Shown in pieces: positions 25,074 to 53,268 of a stretch of DNA of 64,000 bases. The stretch is from assembly GCF_964355755.1 (NCBI RefSeq), contig NC_092670.1, forward strand, positions 23,856,795 to 23,920,794, read 5' to 3'. Both the position numbers and the translations under genes were made by a program. Position 1 is the first letter of the stretch, and each line of letters starts with the position of its first letter. This DNA is from Antedon mediterranea. Taxonomy: Eukaryota > Animalia > Echinodermata. Under the pieces are notes generated by a model, which did no database searches, was not told the origin of the DNA, and saw only the letters and a list, made by a program, of their open reading frames with translations.

Positions 25074-28022
25074 TCAAAGTTGTAATACAATTGCATTTCT
25101 TAATTTCCAAGCACGGCTTGTGTACATTTTACAATAACTGTCAAATACAGCATAAATGTCGTGAGAGTTATTTTTATGGAATAACGTGCTTCCTAGGACA
25201 TATTGAACCTTAATAGATAGGTCACCAGAAATAAAATTTACCCAAGTATCTACACAATTTATTGCAATAAGTTTATGTTGAAGTGTTTGTAATTCTTCCA
25301 TTCTAATACAATGTAACTTATTACAAATAAACAGGAAATGTTTAACATCTTCTTCACCTGACCCACAAACCTTACACTTGTCATTTAGATTATCAATGTT
25401 CCACTTATTTGTAATTTTTCCAAGTGGTAAAGTGTTTGAACGAAGTTTAAATTTTAAACTTGAGCCATAAAAATCTGTTTTATCCAGTAGGTAAGGTTCT
25501 AGGCTAGGTGACTCTTTTATCAAAGAGTAATCAAGCAAAGATGATTTTCTTAATACTTCTTGTTTCCAAAAAGTAGAATACGATTGTTTAATTGTATTTT
25601 CAAATGGCTTGACCCAGTTTATATCAATAAAAGTACCTGTACATATATCATTAAGAATGGCATTGAAATCGAACTTAATATAATCACAAGTTTTTTTCAA
25701 ATTCATTAATAAATTGGTACCTTGAATTAAAATTCTTATGTCTAATAATTGTGTTTAATATAAGTTTTGGCCAACGATACATTTCCATACACATAACATT
25801 TCTTATATATTTTGCTTTAAAAATATCCTGAGTTACTTTAATTGGTTGCCAACCTAGATCGCCATAAAGTGCCTCTTTTGCAGTGCTTCTACTCGCTTTA
25901 AGAATTGTTCGCGCCATTTGTAATTGAAGAGACTCAATCCTTTGTATGTCTTTAGTATTTGTATTGACACATACAGCACAAGCATAGTTAATAGTCGGAA
26001 GTCCGATACTTCTCCAAAGGATATCTCCATATACAACACGATCAAAATTGTTGAGTCTATCTATAATAGATTTAATGTACGCAATGATCCTATTGCCCTT
26101 TTTAATAACTTGATTGATGTGGAAATTGTCTTTTAGATTTCTAGAAATGTATACACCAAAATACTTATATGTTTCAATTATCCCCCAATTTCCAAAGTTT
26201 TTCGCTATTCAGATTCTGGCCTATTATCAAAACATTTGACTTTTCACTATTAAAATTAAATTTCCATTTTTTAGCAAATAAGGATACTAAATCTAACATT
26301 TTATTGAGTTCTTTTTCGCTATCTGCTAAAAGTACGATATCGTCGGCCCAAAAAAGGCTACCAAGGCAGATATCGTGTATGCGCACACCTAACGCGTGTT
26401 CTCGTAATAATTTAGTGAGTTCGTTCATTATTATGCAAAACAGGGTTGAGGAAAGGACACACCCTTGCTTAACACCTTCTTCTATATCAAAAGACTGTGT
26501 TTCAATGTCACCAAATCTTACTTGCCCCTTAACATTGTCGTACAAGCTACTTATAATATTCCATAATCTACCACGAATTCCAATATTCCATATTGCCATT
26601 AGCAATCCATCTCTCCATACGCTATCAAATGCTTTTTTTATGTCAAGGAATGCTAAGTAAGTCTTCTTGCCTTCCGCAAGTCGGCAACTACCCAGTGGGC
26701 AAAAATTGGTTGAATTAACGTTAATTCAACGTTATCTGCAAACGTTGAAATAACGTTGAAAAAGTGGTTGAAAATGAAAGTTTGCCTCAACGTAAATGTC
26801 AACGTTGAATCAACATAGAAATTATCAACGTTGAAACAACGTTAAAATAAGTAACGTTGAAATAACGTTGAAAAAATGGTTGAAAATGAAAGTTTGCCTC
26901 AACGTAAATGTCAACGTTGAATCAACATAGAAATTATCAACGTTGAAACAACGTTAAAATAAGTAACGTTGAAATAACGTTGAAAAAATGGTTGAAAATG
27001 AAAGTTTGCCTCAACTTAAATGTCAACGTTGAATCAACATAGAAATTATCAACGTTGAAACAACGTTAAAATAGGTAACATTGAAATAACGTTGAAAAAA
27101 TGGTTGAAAATGAAAGTTTGCCTCAACGTAAATGTCAACGTTGAATCAACATAGAAATTATCAACGTTGAAACAACGTTAAAATAGGTAACGTTGAAATA
27201 ACGTTGAAAAAATGGTTGAAAATGAAAGTTTGCCTCAACGTAAATGTCAACGTTGAATCAACATAGAAATTATCAACGTTCAAACAACGTTAAAATAAGT
27301 AACGTTGAAATAACGTTGAAAAAATGGTTGAAAATGAAAGTTTGCCTCAACAAAAATGTCAACGTTGATTCAACATAGATTATCAACGTTGAAACAACGT
27401 AAAAATGTATACGTTGAAATTATCAATGTTGATTCAATGTTGAAATTATTAACGTTGAAACAACGTAATAATTAAGTTGAAATGAAAATTTGCATCAACG
27501 TAAATTTAAACATAGATTTAACGTTGAAATTTGATTTGTTGAATTACTATATCCAATTTGAATCAACGGTTTTAAAGTAGTTAGTAGTAAAGTTACTGTT
27601 ACGTCGCAGAATCCATCAATAGAGACATTTTATAAATACTGTATATCTTACTAATCTTTAATTTCTATAAAAACATAAAATAACATTTAATCAGGTGTTA
27701 TCAAATCATCAGGCAAAATCCAAGCAACAATCAAATAATGTACATCCTCACTGACAGTTCTCAGGTACCAATGATATTCCTCTAAAGTTATTTAGGTCCC
27801 TTCTATCACCCTTTTTATATATTGGTACAACAATGCTACTATTCCATTCCGACGGTACTTTTTCAAGACTAACAATTTTTTTGAATAGTGATAACATTAA
27901 TCTATTTAAAATCGTCCCACCGTTTTTAAGTAATTCATTAGATATATTGTCAGAACCAGCAGATTTGTTGTTTTTTGATTGGTAGATAGCAGATTTAACT
28001 ATATCTAATGTGACTGTATCTT
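25074..28022 (-). mobile_element. 5'-truncated, frameshifted non-LTR retrotransposon ORF2 (RT + C-terminal zinc finger), interrupted
   Basis: 27757-28022: KSAGSDNISNELLK...VPSEWNSSIVVPIYKKGDRRDLNNFRGISL. 26688 downward: FLDIKKAFDSVWR...GVKQGCVLS...LFWADD. 25074-25706: CKVC...EEDVKHFLFIC. Confidence 0.92.
26690..27560. mobile_element. CCCAG-ended element (CMC/EnSpm-like) containing a 112 bp tandem array rich in aacgtt palindromes
   Basis: Begins ta|cccagtgggc. Unit starts at 26741, 26853, 26965, 27077, 27189, 27301 (period 112). The other terminus was not found. Confidence 0.7.
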
Positions 28023-28806
28023 ATCCGTGAATGATTATTAATCACTGTCCCCAAAGTTTTAGTCTTTTTTGACTGAAACGATGAATGCGATAATTTTGAT
28101 ATAATAATGTGTTTGCAAGGTAGGCTACCATACACTTTTTGAATTTATGTCTAAATAATGGAAAAAATGTTACAATGAATTCTTTAAAAAAGTTTTGGTT
28201 AGCATTTCAATTAGACTTTGGATAAAAAATAAACTATAAAGAAAGAAGAATGAATGTAAACGCAAAAAAAGTCAATGTGGAAAAAACATGGTTTCATATC
28301 TCCTAGCTTTGATTTATTTATTTTTTGATTAAATTTTTTTTTAAGATGACACTAGATGTCTTAAAATTTTACCACTGATGTTATTATCATCCATCCTGAA
28401 GGTTTTCCCACTGTTGGGGACATTTGAAATAGATTAAAATATAAAAAATAAACGGGGATGAGTTTAGACAATACATTTTATATACAGAATAATGTTATTA
28501 ATTATGTTGTGTTTGGAAATTACGCAAACCATGCGTACCAGTAACACCTTCTTCAAAACGAAGACGAGAACATTTTATCTGTTAAAATACATTGGTCATC
28601 TTCTTCTTGAGAAATTCTTCAGTTGTAAAGTTATCGTAAACATAGATTCATTCAGCAATGTTTATTTCTGAAGTTAATAACGGATCAACTAAATCATAGG
28701 CCTAACTAACATAAGAAAAACAAATTCTTCAAACAGACGAAGGTTAATATCCCTTTAAGGCCATGTTTTTTACCACGCATTTTCCCTTTAATCCACTATT
28801 AGTTAC

Positions 28807-28807
<1 letters not shown>

Positions 28808-28853
<46 letters not shown>
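28808..28853. repeat. (TAA)n microsatellite
   Basis: About 15 perfect units. Confidence 0.95.
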
Positions 28854-28854
<1 letters not shown>

Positions 28855-30375
28855 TAAGATGCGCCATTATATCCAATACATGATTACTCATATGCGGAGT
28901 ACATACATGTATGAAATCATTATAAGAATTAAAAAAACAAGTTAAAATACCATAAAGGTCTACGGCAACTTCAACAAACCGGAAATTAAAACGGTTTAAA
29001 ACATGTTAAAACGATTTTAAAAAGTAAACATTTATGTCGTACAATTTTAAAATCAATCAAATGAGAACTTAGAAAAGTCGATTGATGAACAGCACCCTCT
29101 TATTTGAGATCTATTTTGAATTGGATTATTCTATTTTAACTTTAACAATATTATCATCAGATCACCAAAATTTATTCGAGCAAAGTGGGATGCAATAATA
29201 TACTATCTAGGATATACTATACAATGTTTTAATGTGTTCAATACCACATTTACTACAATTAATGGGACACATTGATAAATAATGCATTTTTTACCATAAT
29301 TTGGCATGGTATGTCCAAGGATGATTATAGTAGAAAACACACATAAATATGTATCAGCATCAGAGTGTTATCAACAAAATTAAAAAGGCGTATTTCATCA
29401 TATAGAAATTAATGTTTGATCAGCTTTTAAAGGAAGCATAAACTTACGAAGGAAACAAAATGGTAAATTACTGGAACAAAAGTCTTTAACAATTGAACCA
29501 AAAGGACGTAAGTTTACAAAGAAAATAGCACATCTTTAAAAGTGTCAAAATATTCAATTTTTTAGGCATATTAAGTGTTCTTCATTGTTTCAAAAGAATA
29601 GCATAAACACATTTTTCGTAGGCATTTCAAAGATTCCAAATACACTGCATTTAAGAGGAACATAAAGAAAGGGAAAAAACATCGATTTTAACTTATTTGT
29701 CTTAGAAAATGAAAATAAAAATAAATAATATAGTAACCTTTAATGCACCAGGAAACAATATTTATTAATTTAAAAGTTCGATACACTATCTTAATAGAGA
29801 AGCGTGGAACAACTTGAATAAAACCACTCTTTCCTGATAAAACCAAATATGTGAGATGTTTACGCAGAACAAAGGACAATACAAAGCTGACTTATACTTC
29901 GTTTCGGTATTATTATAATATAAAAAAAGGTGACCTCCACAGCAGCAAAGCTGTACTTTATAGAAATCTTTTTATCATTGATTACAACAAATATTCAGTA
30001 AAATTTGTTTACAGAATTTTTGTTCTTTTATCTGATCTATGTAACACTCAGACCGTATAAACATCTCATTTTATGAATGCCACTACATCTATGATTAATA
30101 ATCTAAAAATTCACCTGGAAAATTTAAAAACGAAAAGAAAACTGCAATTTTATTCAATTATAATGATGGGAAAGTTCGCAAATTGAACGACTAAGACGTA
30201 TCAAACAGTAATCAATTACGTAGAAGCTTATTAAATGAATTAAAAAATAGGCCATGGTAGAAAGTAATTATAAAATAATATATCTAGATTTTATTATGAT
30301 TATTCTTGGTTTTTTTTTCGTTTTATTTTATATTAATACTGTAGTTGGTTATATACTTTTTTATATCGGATTCTT

Positions 30376-30671
30376 TACCACGTTGAAACACCGGTCCTCG
30401 TCAAATCACCGTAGTTAAGCAAAGTTGGGCCGGGTAGGGGCTTGGATGTGAGACCATCTTAGAATATCGGGTGCTGTAGAGCTGGCATTTGAAATCAGCA
30501 CTGCTGATTCTTATGGCAGGCCCTACATCTAGTAGTATGGCAGCCCCTACATCAGACTTTGGCATATGCCTCTCCTCTGGTTAAGGTGGACACTGGACAA
30601 GAGAAGCCCTTGATCAAATGGGACCAACCAAGGTGCCTTAAACAGTCATGGCTTAGTTTCATCTATCATTC
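30376..30671 (+). mobile_element. 5S rRNA-derived SINE (SINE3-type) or 5S pseudogene with GC-richer body
   Basis: 30376-30482 taccacgttgaaacaccggtcctcgtcaaatcaccgtagttaagcaa...cttggatgtgagacc...cgggtgctgtag aligns to metazoan 5S rRNA (A and C boxes, several mismatches, 5' end missing). No oligo-T terminator; continues into ~190 bp of non-5S body. Confidence 0.8.
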
Positions 30672-31237
30672 AGATGAATGCAAGGATAGTTTACGATTTG
30701 TTTGCAATACTATATACTTTTTGGTGAACCAAATTAAAGTTATCAGTTTTTTATATTTAAACTTATATATTTTATTGGAGTGTTCTAAATTAATTAAACT
30801 GTTCATTGATTTGAGATGATACTTTCCTTAAAAAGACGATTCTCGGACGATTCTCATTTCAAACGACTGTAATAGGCCCATCCATAACACACGCATTTAA
30901 CTGTTACAAATTCAAAATAATATTAACTGAACCTAACCCGCTAATATTCTCTACTTGTTCTATCCAGTTAGTAAGTACCGTATGAGATCAGTGCGTCTCA
31001 CAGATCTGATTAAGCTGGTAAGTGTTCCACAATGGTTGATGTGATGATGCCTTTTAAATATGAACTAAAATATGAATATGAAATATAAATAGATTTTTAG
31101 TACTTAGTAGATTTTAATATTATTAAGATTTTGGTATTTTTCTTTTTTAAAATAGGTCGTGGTAAGACAAAAATACTTTGGAAATTCCTCAATCTATAAT
31201 AATTACCGTACATTTATATGTTGTTGGTGACGGGGCA

Positions 31238-31245
31238 TGACGTAA
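31238..31245 (+). promoter_or_regulatory. TGACGTAA (CRE/ATF-C/EBP-type bZIP site) conserved in all three receptor promoters
   Basis: atgacgtaa(a)tt(t)catatt at 31238, 37809 and 55550, upstream of the homologous non-coding first exons (donors after 31399, 38009, 55752). Confidence 0.45.
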
Positions 31246-31653
31246 TTCATATTTATTTTGTAATGCAAATTTTACATTCAGTTAATAAATGAGGAAGTGT
31301 GCAATAACTACTGTATAAAAGGCCGATAAAAAGGAGTTGAATTAACTACTTTCTAACTATATAAACATCAGATTTTATGCAAATTCAATCTCGACAAACG
31401 TAAGTATTCACTGAATAAAATTGTTTAGTGGATATAGTGGTTGGTGCTAATTCAAGAGCCGGGGCTAGACAGGCCATAACAGCAATATCACACTTTTAAT
31501 TAAAATCTCTTTTTTTTTGTATAATTTCCATCCAAAAAATGTATATCTTTTTTAACAAATTGTATACATTCAAATATTAGTGTCAAACAAGCTAATGCAT
31601 TGTATTACCTTACTTGTATTACTTTTTATTTCTTTTATAGAAAACTGATCAAA

Positions 31654-34340
31654 ATGAAATACTATGTAATGTGGGTTATATGTGTCTGTAGCAGCAGCAA
31701 CTTAGTAGCAGCCCAAACTGGTGAGAAAATAATTGTTATTTGGTCTGCGTTCTTCCGGCCGATAAAATAACATCACAAGTATTAAAAACCTTTCATAGAA
31801 CAGCTTCTCATTGAAAAATAAATCAATTGCATTGTAAGTGGCAGGTTAGCAGAAGAGTATAGGGTATCAAAAACACCAGTGTTGGAAGAACAAGATCTCT
31901 TTGAAATTATCAATAAACAAATAAGAAATAAATAATCATACTGATCTGTTTCTCCGTCAAATGGAACAATAAGTAACTTTCACCGGGTTTGCAGTGGAGA
32001 ATAAATACTAGTAGTAAAGTTAGTTTGTGTAAAATAAATTATGAGAATTTTTCTGAGAATTTAATGCTTATAATGTTTTAAAATTTAACGATGTTATTCA
32101 CGGATGTGATTACCGATATTGCCAGTAAATCTGAATATCAACTACGGTAAACTTAACATCATCAAGAGTTACAGCGTAGACAGCTTGAAATATGTAGTTT
32201 TGTAAAGTAAGACTAAATATCATATTTTATATAAACACCTTTTTTATACATGTTTTTCTTTTATATAAGGGTTTGGTTCCTGTTCAAAAACCCCATCCCA
32301 TCCAGATAATGGTGTTATACTGTATAGTCCAGGAAGCCCCGGCAATCTTCCAAACTTAATGCACGGGACAAGAGCTCAGTATTTATGCAATGTTGGGTAC
32401 ACCAATATTGGACCTCAACTTGTTATATATTGCTACAATGGAACATGGCTTGGATTAGATAACGATGAACCATCTATGTGTGTTAAAAAGCGTAAGTAAG
32501 ATAAATATATAATAATAAAATACTTGATAACAGTATAATCTGTATACTTTTAATTGTAGTGTTCTCCTAGCTGTTATATCTACGTTCAATTGACAACAAA
32601 CTGCTTAATCCGAAACTTGTGTTATAGGCCTATTATTCGTCAGAACTGCATCTTTTAAGGAATTTAGTTTATATGTAATTTCTCTCTTCCCTGATTATTT
32701 CAAATATCGAAACACAATACAAAGGTAATGACTGATTTGATACATGCAAAATTTGAAGAAAAGTTCAGTAAAGATCATATCAATTACTTATCGAACTCAT
32801 CATTGAATCATTTAAGCCTCCTTTGAGAACTTATGATAAATAATGATGATGACTATCAATAAAAGTAGAAAAGTGAATTGTATTCTAGTTTTCTACTCCA
32901 ATAGTTATATATGTAACAATTTATCTCAATTAGTTATGATAAAATAAAATCTCGCCGTGTTTATGATCCTTAGATAATAATGATTGCAAGTCACCAGAAG
33001 GTAATTCTAGAAGGAACTATTTGATACAAACTGGTAGCTTCAGAAGTGCAGTAAAGTACAAGTGTGTTCCAGGCTACATTTTGCATCCGAAGAATAGAAC
33101 GGTATCAAACTGTATCAACGGAGGGTGGACACAGCTTGCACCACATTGTATCGATCCATCAAGTAAGTAAGAAAAGTAGGAGAGTAGGAGCCTATTTCAT
33201 TTCAAGAACATTTTAATAATTTCAGCAATGACATAATAACGACAGCGGATTGCATTAAGGTATCTAACACTTATAGAAGAAACAAAGTTGATTGTTTCGT
33301 GCAAGATCTCAAAGAAAAACTAACAAAGTTTCAGAAATAAAATTCCGATTACACTTGTGTATCAGAATGTTGAAATCGGAAAAAAAATATCAAGATATAT
33401 TAAAATTAAATATTTTAAATAAGATATAAAATCATAATTCAACAATAATAAAACATTGTTTTTCAGTCATCTTAGCATCACCAACTCCAGATGATAAAGG
33501 TAGGTCTAATTTTATTACTAGCTATGAATGATAGTAAACAAATAATACACTATCTTCAGTATTTCATATATTTTCATAGGCCTATGATATAAATAAAAAT
33601 ATTCATTTTCTTGTTAGACCGCCTAATAATTTTAATGTTTATATTTCATTATAAAAATGAATGGGTTAATACTATGCTTGCGTGGTGTCAGATAAAATAC
33701 AAATTAATGAATATTCGATTGAGAAGGTGTACCTTGTAAAGGACCGACATTCAACAAACAAACCTCTTGATTTTTACATAAACTATATCTATGAAAACTG
33801 GACTATTTTCCATAATAACGCTGCAGTAGTTCACTCAGTATATAATACCACCTTTCACTCTTCATACCATACTACCTTTGCATTGTATTAAGTTAGATAC
33901 ATTAGGCCTATACAATTGAATAATCGAGCTGCCCGCAGGCAATCCGAGGTGGAACCCTATTGACGGGTAGGCCTACTCTCCACTCGGCGGATTATGTTGA
34001 GTTATATCTAGTCAGCTTAACTTGTAATTCTTTAACATAAAACATAATTAGCCTTCTGCCTTAACTGCATTGCATTGTTTTAAGCTATACATGCATTTTA
34101 ATTGTAGACGAAAAAGACAATTCGTCATCGGGTTCTCTGTCACCAGGAGTTGTAGTTGGAATCGTGGTAGCAGTTTTGTTAATCCTTATCTTTGGAATTC
34201 TCATCTATCGTACGCGTTTTCGCTTCTATAAACGGAACAGTAACTTGTAAGTATATATAGTATCATTTTATGTTTTTTAGCGTATACGTATATAACTTAT
34301 CAACATTTTTCACATTACGATTTTTTCTCATAGTGTTTGA
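31654..34340 (+). CDS. Receptor paralogue A: signal peptide - 2 Sushi/CCP - TM - short tail, no kinase (~218 aa)
   Basis: Exons 31654-31720, 32270-32491, 32974-33162, 33467-33499, 34108-34246, 34334-34340 (TGA); all GT-AG and in frame. Sushi motifs C..P.HPDNG...C..GY...C.NG.W...C. TM GVVVGIVVAVLLILIFGILIY. Probable terminal exon from 34652 with AATAAA near 34920. Confidence 0.8.
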
Positions 34341-37300
34341 GATGGACATGACTCTGGGACAGCTATTGAACCGCCACAAAGGTTAGATATGTTTGCTTGT
34401 TTTTTTCAATCATAATTACCGTAAACATAAATATAAATTTCAACAATTAGACATTTGAAATTACGGTAAATTTCTTAATGCAGTTGCCATTTTTTCCATA
34501 AACATGTATGATAAAGAGGATATGTGTATATAGTCTTTATTCATTCTCATAAAAAAATTCTGTGCAAGTCCAGTTAGCTAAGTTATTCCCTTGTTTCAAA
34601 GTGTATTCAATTTCTTTATTAACATAACCAGGCCTATGTTTTTTCTTCTAGGGGGACGCTCTCCGACCAGCCATGGATACGGCACGCATCATTTTTTTTC
34701 TATTATTGTAAAGGAGAAAGCATGGATAATCCATACGACTAATTATTAACATGGCGTCCAGTTGTTTGGTTAAATAGTATACACCTCGGTTTATGTAGGC
34801 GGACCTCTTTCAATCCATATCGACATATTTATGTTTTTTAAATTAAAATTACTGTTCTTGTAGCGTGGTCTATTCGAGATCCACCTATTATTTAACATTT
34901 TGATTTATATAAAATGGAAAATAAAAGCTGTAACGTTTATTACTATTACATTAATATACAATTAGATAATCGATCTGGCCGTAACCGGGCACTCTCTCCT
35001 CGGATCAGGGAGATTAGGTTGAGTTATATCTAGGAAATAGGTCAGCTATTTTGTAATTCTTAATAGAAAGTAATTAGCCTCATGCATTATTCGTAATTTC
35101 TGCCTTAACTGGATAGGACAAAATAATGTATCCAGCCACTTTATTTATCAAGAGTGGTAAAATATAAAATATACCACATTTTTAGGAATGTTATTGTCAA
35201 ACTCTTGACACATAGAAGGATGGAATATGCGAAGGTAAAATATAAACTTGGAATTTTATGGGAAATGTTTATAATTACTATTAGTGGAAGTAGAGTGGGG
35301 AAACTATTAACATGTATCATTAACATATTATAAGATAGATATTAAAGGCCAGGTGCGGGCAAAACATTTCTATTGATCATACATTCCAATAATTATCGAT
35401 CTATAGTTTCCCCTATGTTTCATAATTTTGGGGATTTTATTTGTGTTACACGAGCTTGTTGAAAATAAGGACTTTCTTATCAGTGGGGGGATAGTTCAAA
35501 TTACACAGTAAAATCTCTATTCTTTTGTACACAAATTTTGTAAATAGAGAGGCATTTTAAAAAGCTACGAAAAATAAACAGTGTGGTAAAAAATGTTATC
35601 AGATGACTAAGTATAAGTAATATAACTTGAATATTAAATTTCTGGAATGTTTATTGAACTTCAAATTTTTATTTTCATGCTATATCAAAAATTATCCACC
35701 GTATATCCACCATCTTTTTTTACCTTCTAGTGAGTCACAAAACATGTTATTACATTAGGTTAACTACCTAACTACTGAAAAAAGTCTTCCTGGTTTTTAT
35801 GGAAGAATTGTGCCAAATTTTGTATTTGACCATATTAAGGGAAATTCATGTTTTTTCGTCGTGATTTCTGTTACAAATATTTGATTTATATTATACAATT
35901 AACCAAATATTATATTTAAAATTCATGCCTGTTCCTGAGCTTTAAAGCATCCTAGGAAAAAAAATTAGTATTTTAAAAGGTAATTTTTAATATTGCTGCT
36001 AATTGTTTATGATTTTCATTACTATTGGATTTTCGTTTGTATTTTTTATGTTGTTAAAATGTTAGATGATTTGTTTGTTTAGTTTAAGATTTAATAATGT
36101 TTTTTTATGCATGTCGAAAACTCAAATTTACAGAATACCCGGAAAAAATTTTGTATTGATAAATATAGATTACCTCAGTAACTTTACATTTTCCTGGGCT
36201 CTGTTTTTCATGTATTTGTCATATATTTGTACAATAAATTTGTCAATATAAGAAGATTTAGGTGTTTTAACAATTAACGTATGATAGGATTACATCATTG
36301 CAGTATTTAAAGAAAGGCAGTGGAGGTTGAATTGCCTTTTTTAAATAAATAAAATAAATACAATAAACTGTGCCACTGACGTCACTTACTTTATACAATA
36401 GAGTGTATAATAGACTGGCGGAACTTTGTAATAAAACATCAGTACATTTAGATCCTAATCTCATCGAATCAACTTTTAAGCGAAGAAAATATTAATAATA
36501 CAATTCACAATGCCTAAAACGATTTTTTATAAACCAACCAACAGCGCATTACACAGATTGCTAAAAAGGCATAAGAGAAGTAAAGAGTGAAATGACACAC
36601 TTCCCTGGATTAATCGAATACTATATCCCTTAAAAAAATCGTATTAATAATCAGCATAGCGGATATAACTAGTGCCATCACAGTTCATCAAACTAAATAT
36701 TGTATAAGCAGCAACAATGTTATATTGTGGGTGAAAATCGATGAAAGATATGTGGCAATTATGAATTATGGCAAACTATGACATTTTTTATTTAGATTTT
36801 CTGAAACATGCTCTAATTTCATTATAAATTGATTTTTGGCAAATGTTGACACACACACGACATGTGTATGTACCGGTACCATGTCTCCTTCTTCTCAAAT
36901 GTTTAAACTTTAATTACCCGATGTGTATCTGATAAGCGGTTGATACGGTGAATTCACAAAATGGCGCCTTGATCGGTGGTTGAGTGATTCTGTTTTCAAA
37001 AAAACATTAAATAAACATTGAGGAGGAATATACAGAATTCTACATTAACAAAAGGACACTTAACAAAATAAGCACTATTAACTTTGAATATACCAGGAAA
37101 CATATATTATTTTCTTTGATACAAACACATCTTAACAGAAGCGTGAAAGGTATTGTAAGCAATAATTATTTTGGCGCACTAAAGTTACAATACAAAGCTG
37201 ACTAAGCATTATTTGTTTAAATTTATGATATTGTTAGGAATATGGAAAATGACCTTAATAGACAACAACGCTGTACTTTATGAGAATATTTTTAGCCGTG

Positions 37301-38277
37301 ATTATATAAAATGACAATTTTGTTATAGCATAGTATGTTCTTCTGTGTAACAATAAGACTGTGTAAACAACTCAGTTTCGTCGATGATTTAACTTCACGT
37401 TTAAACTTTACAAAAAAAGGGAAACTTTGAATTTAATACTCAAAGTGCAATGTGAAAGTTTAGGTCTAAAATATCTACATACTTCAGACGTCTCAACATT
37501 CTAAAGTCTAATTCGTCATGAAGTCTAAAAAAAAAAGAATTTTGCAGGTAAACGAAAATGCAGTTATGCGAGATTTGGTCAAAATTATGATAGTTTTTAG
37601 GTTTGTGCACAGGTTTCGGATATATCTTATTATTTCTTTATTATTATCATCTTTAAAATAGGTCGTGGTAAGACAACAAATTACAAGAAAGTCACTGTAC
37701 CTATAATAACTTCGAACACCTATTGAAAGATAATGAACCGTGTATGTCGAACAAAACTTTGAACAAAGCATTGAATATTTTGTTGACGACGGTACTAAAT
37801 TTAAAATATGACGTAAATTTCATATTCAACCAATAGGAAGTAAACGGTATCTGTATTCTGTGCCAAGTGTGGTATTGTTCCTCTGATGAAAACTGTAAAT
37901 AAAAACGAAATCCTTCTGTTAACAGACTTATTGTACCAAACAATTTTCCATTAGCCTAAACCTTTATTTAAACATCAGAATTCACTATGCAAGTACAATT
38001 TTGACAAACGTAAGTATTTTGCAGAATCAAATTGTTAATTGAGTGGGGAGATGTGAGTAATCCATGCTGATCCGGACTAGACAGTCCATGATCTGTGTAG
38101 TAAGCATACTGTAGTACATTTTAATTATAATATCATTTTTTGTGTAATTCTTATTCTAAAACATAAGAGGTATGATATCCTTGTGAAAAGAAGTACATTT
38201 AAATTCTATTTTCAAACATACAGACTACTGTAATACATTATTTTTCTGTTTTATTTCCTTGTAGAAAACTGATCAAA

Positions 38278-52055
<13,778 letters not shown>

Positions 52056-52700
52056 TGATGTGGGATAGCGAGAAATAAAGTCAAGATAATCAAGATTAAT
52101 TAATAATGATCTTTAATATACCATGGCAATCAAACAACAGGACGCTGAGCTCGCTTGCCAAGATATGCTATCGCAACAGACTTTGATCCGCGATTTAGGC
52201 CTTTACGAATTCTTACAAAGCCGTCGAATTCATACGTTGAATTTTATTTATTGTTATTTTTAAATACAATTAAAATTGTATTTTGGTGTTTTAAAACGTT
52301 CTTTGTGTGTGCATTTTACGAATATGAATTTTAAATAGGCATTTAATTTCTTTAATTGATTTAAGTTCATCGAAGTAGTCACAACATTTTAGATCCAACA
52401 GTTTTCCAGTTTTTTTCCTTGATTTGAAATTATGTGTACCGTTACATTTCATTTTGACAATGTTGCCATTAAAATACATAAACCAGAGATGTTTATACTC
52501 ACTTTATTGTTAGGTTTCCCCAAATGAAGTGTCCTTCATACATTCTCATTAATTCTAATCGTATCGGGGTCCAAACTTTTCCCTTTGATCTAGGAAAGCG
52601 TAGTGTTTAATATATCAGTTTACAGTTACTTTGTAGAAGACAAGGTAACGATTTCTCACAATACCATGGGTCAATCAAAATAATTTTTTATTGTAACGGT

Positions 52701-52886
52701 GAACAACAACAACAGCAGCACCAGCACCAGCAACATCAGCAACAGCAGCAACAACAACAGCAACAGCAGCAATATTAGCAGCAACAGCAGCAGCAGCAAC
52801 AACAACAACAGCAACAGCAACAACAACCGCAGCAGCAACAACAACAACAGCAACAGCAACAGCAACAGCAACAACAACAACAACAA

Positions 52887-52919
<33 letters not shown>

Positions 52920-53000
52920 TAGCAGCAGCAGCAACAACAACAGCAACAACAACAGCAAAAACAACAACAACAGAAGCAGCAGCAGCAACAACAGCAGCAC

Positions 53001-53062
<62 letters not shown>

Positions 53063-53268
53063 ACAACAATAACAACAACAGCAACATCAGCAACATTAGC
53101 AGCAGCAGCAACAACAGCAGCAACAACAACAACAACAGCAACAACACAGCAGCAACAAAAACAGCAACAACAGCAACAACATCAGCAACAGCAGCAGCAA
53201 CAGCAACAACAAAAACAGCAACAACAGCAACAACAGCAGCAACAGCAACAACAACAAAAACAGCAACA
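52701..53268. repeat. Compound (CAA/CAG)n trinucleotide tract, ~570 bp
   Basis: Directly visible; gives poly-N/S, poly-L and poly-T/A ORFs. Confidence 0.97.

Noticed and set aside
30376-30482. Functional 5S rRNA gene
   Set aside because: 5' end missing, many substitutions, no oligo-T terminator, not in a tandem array.
24276-31400. Bidirectional promoter shared by PKC and receptor A
   Set aside because: The starts are about 7 kb apart and separated by LINE/TE debris; no evidence of sharing.
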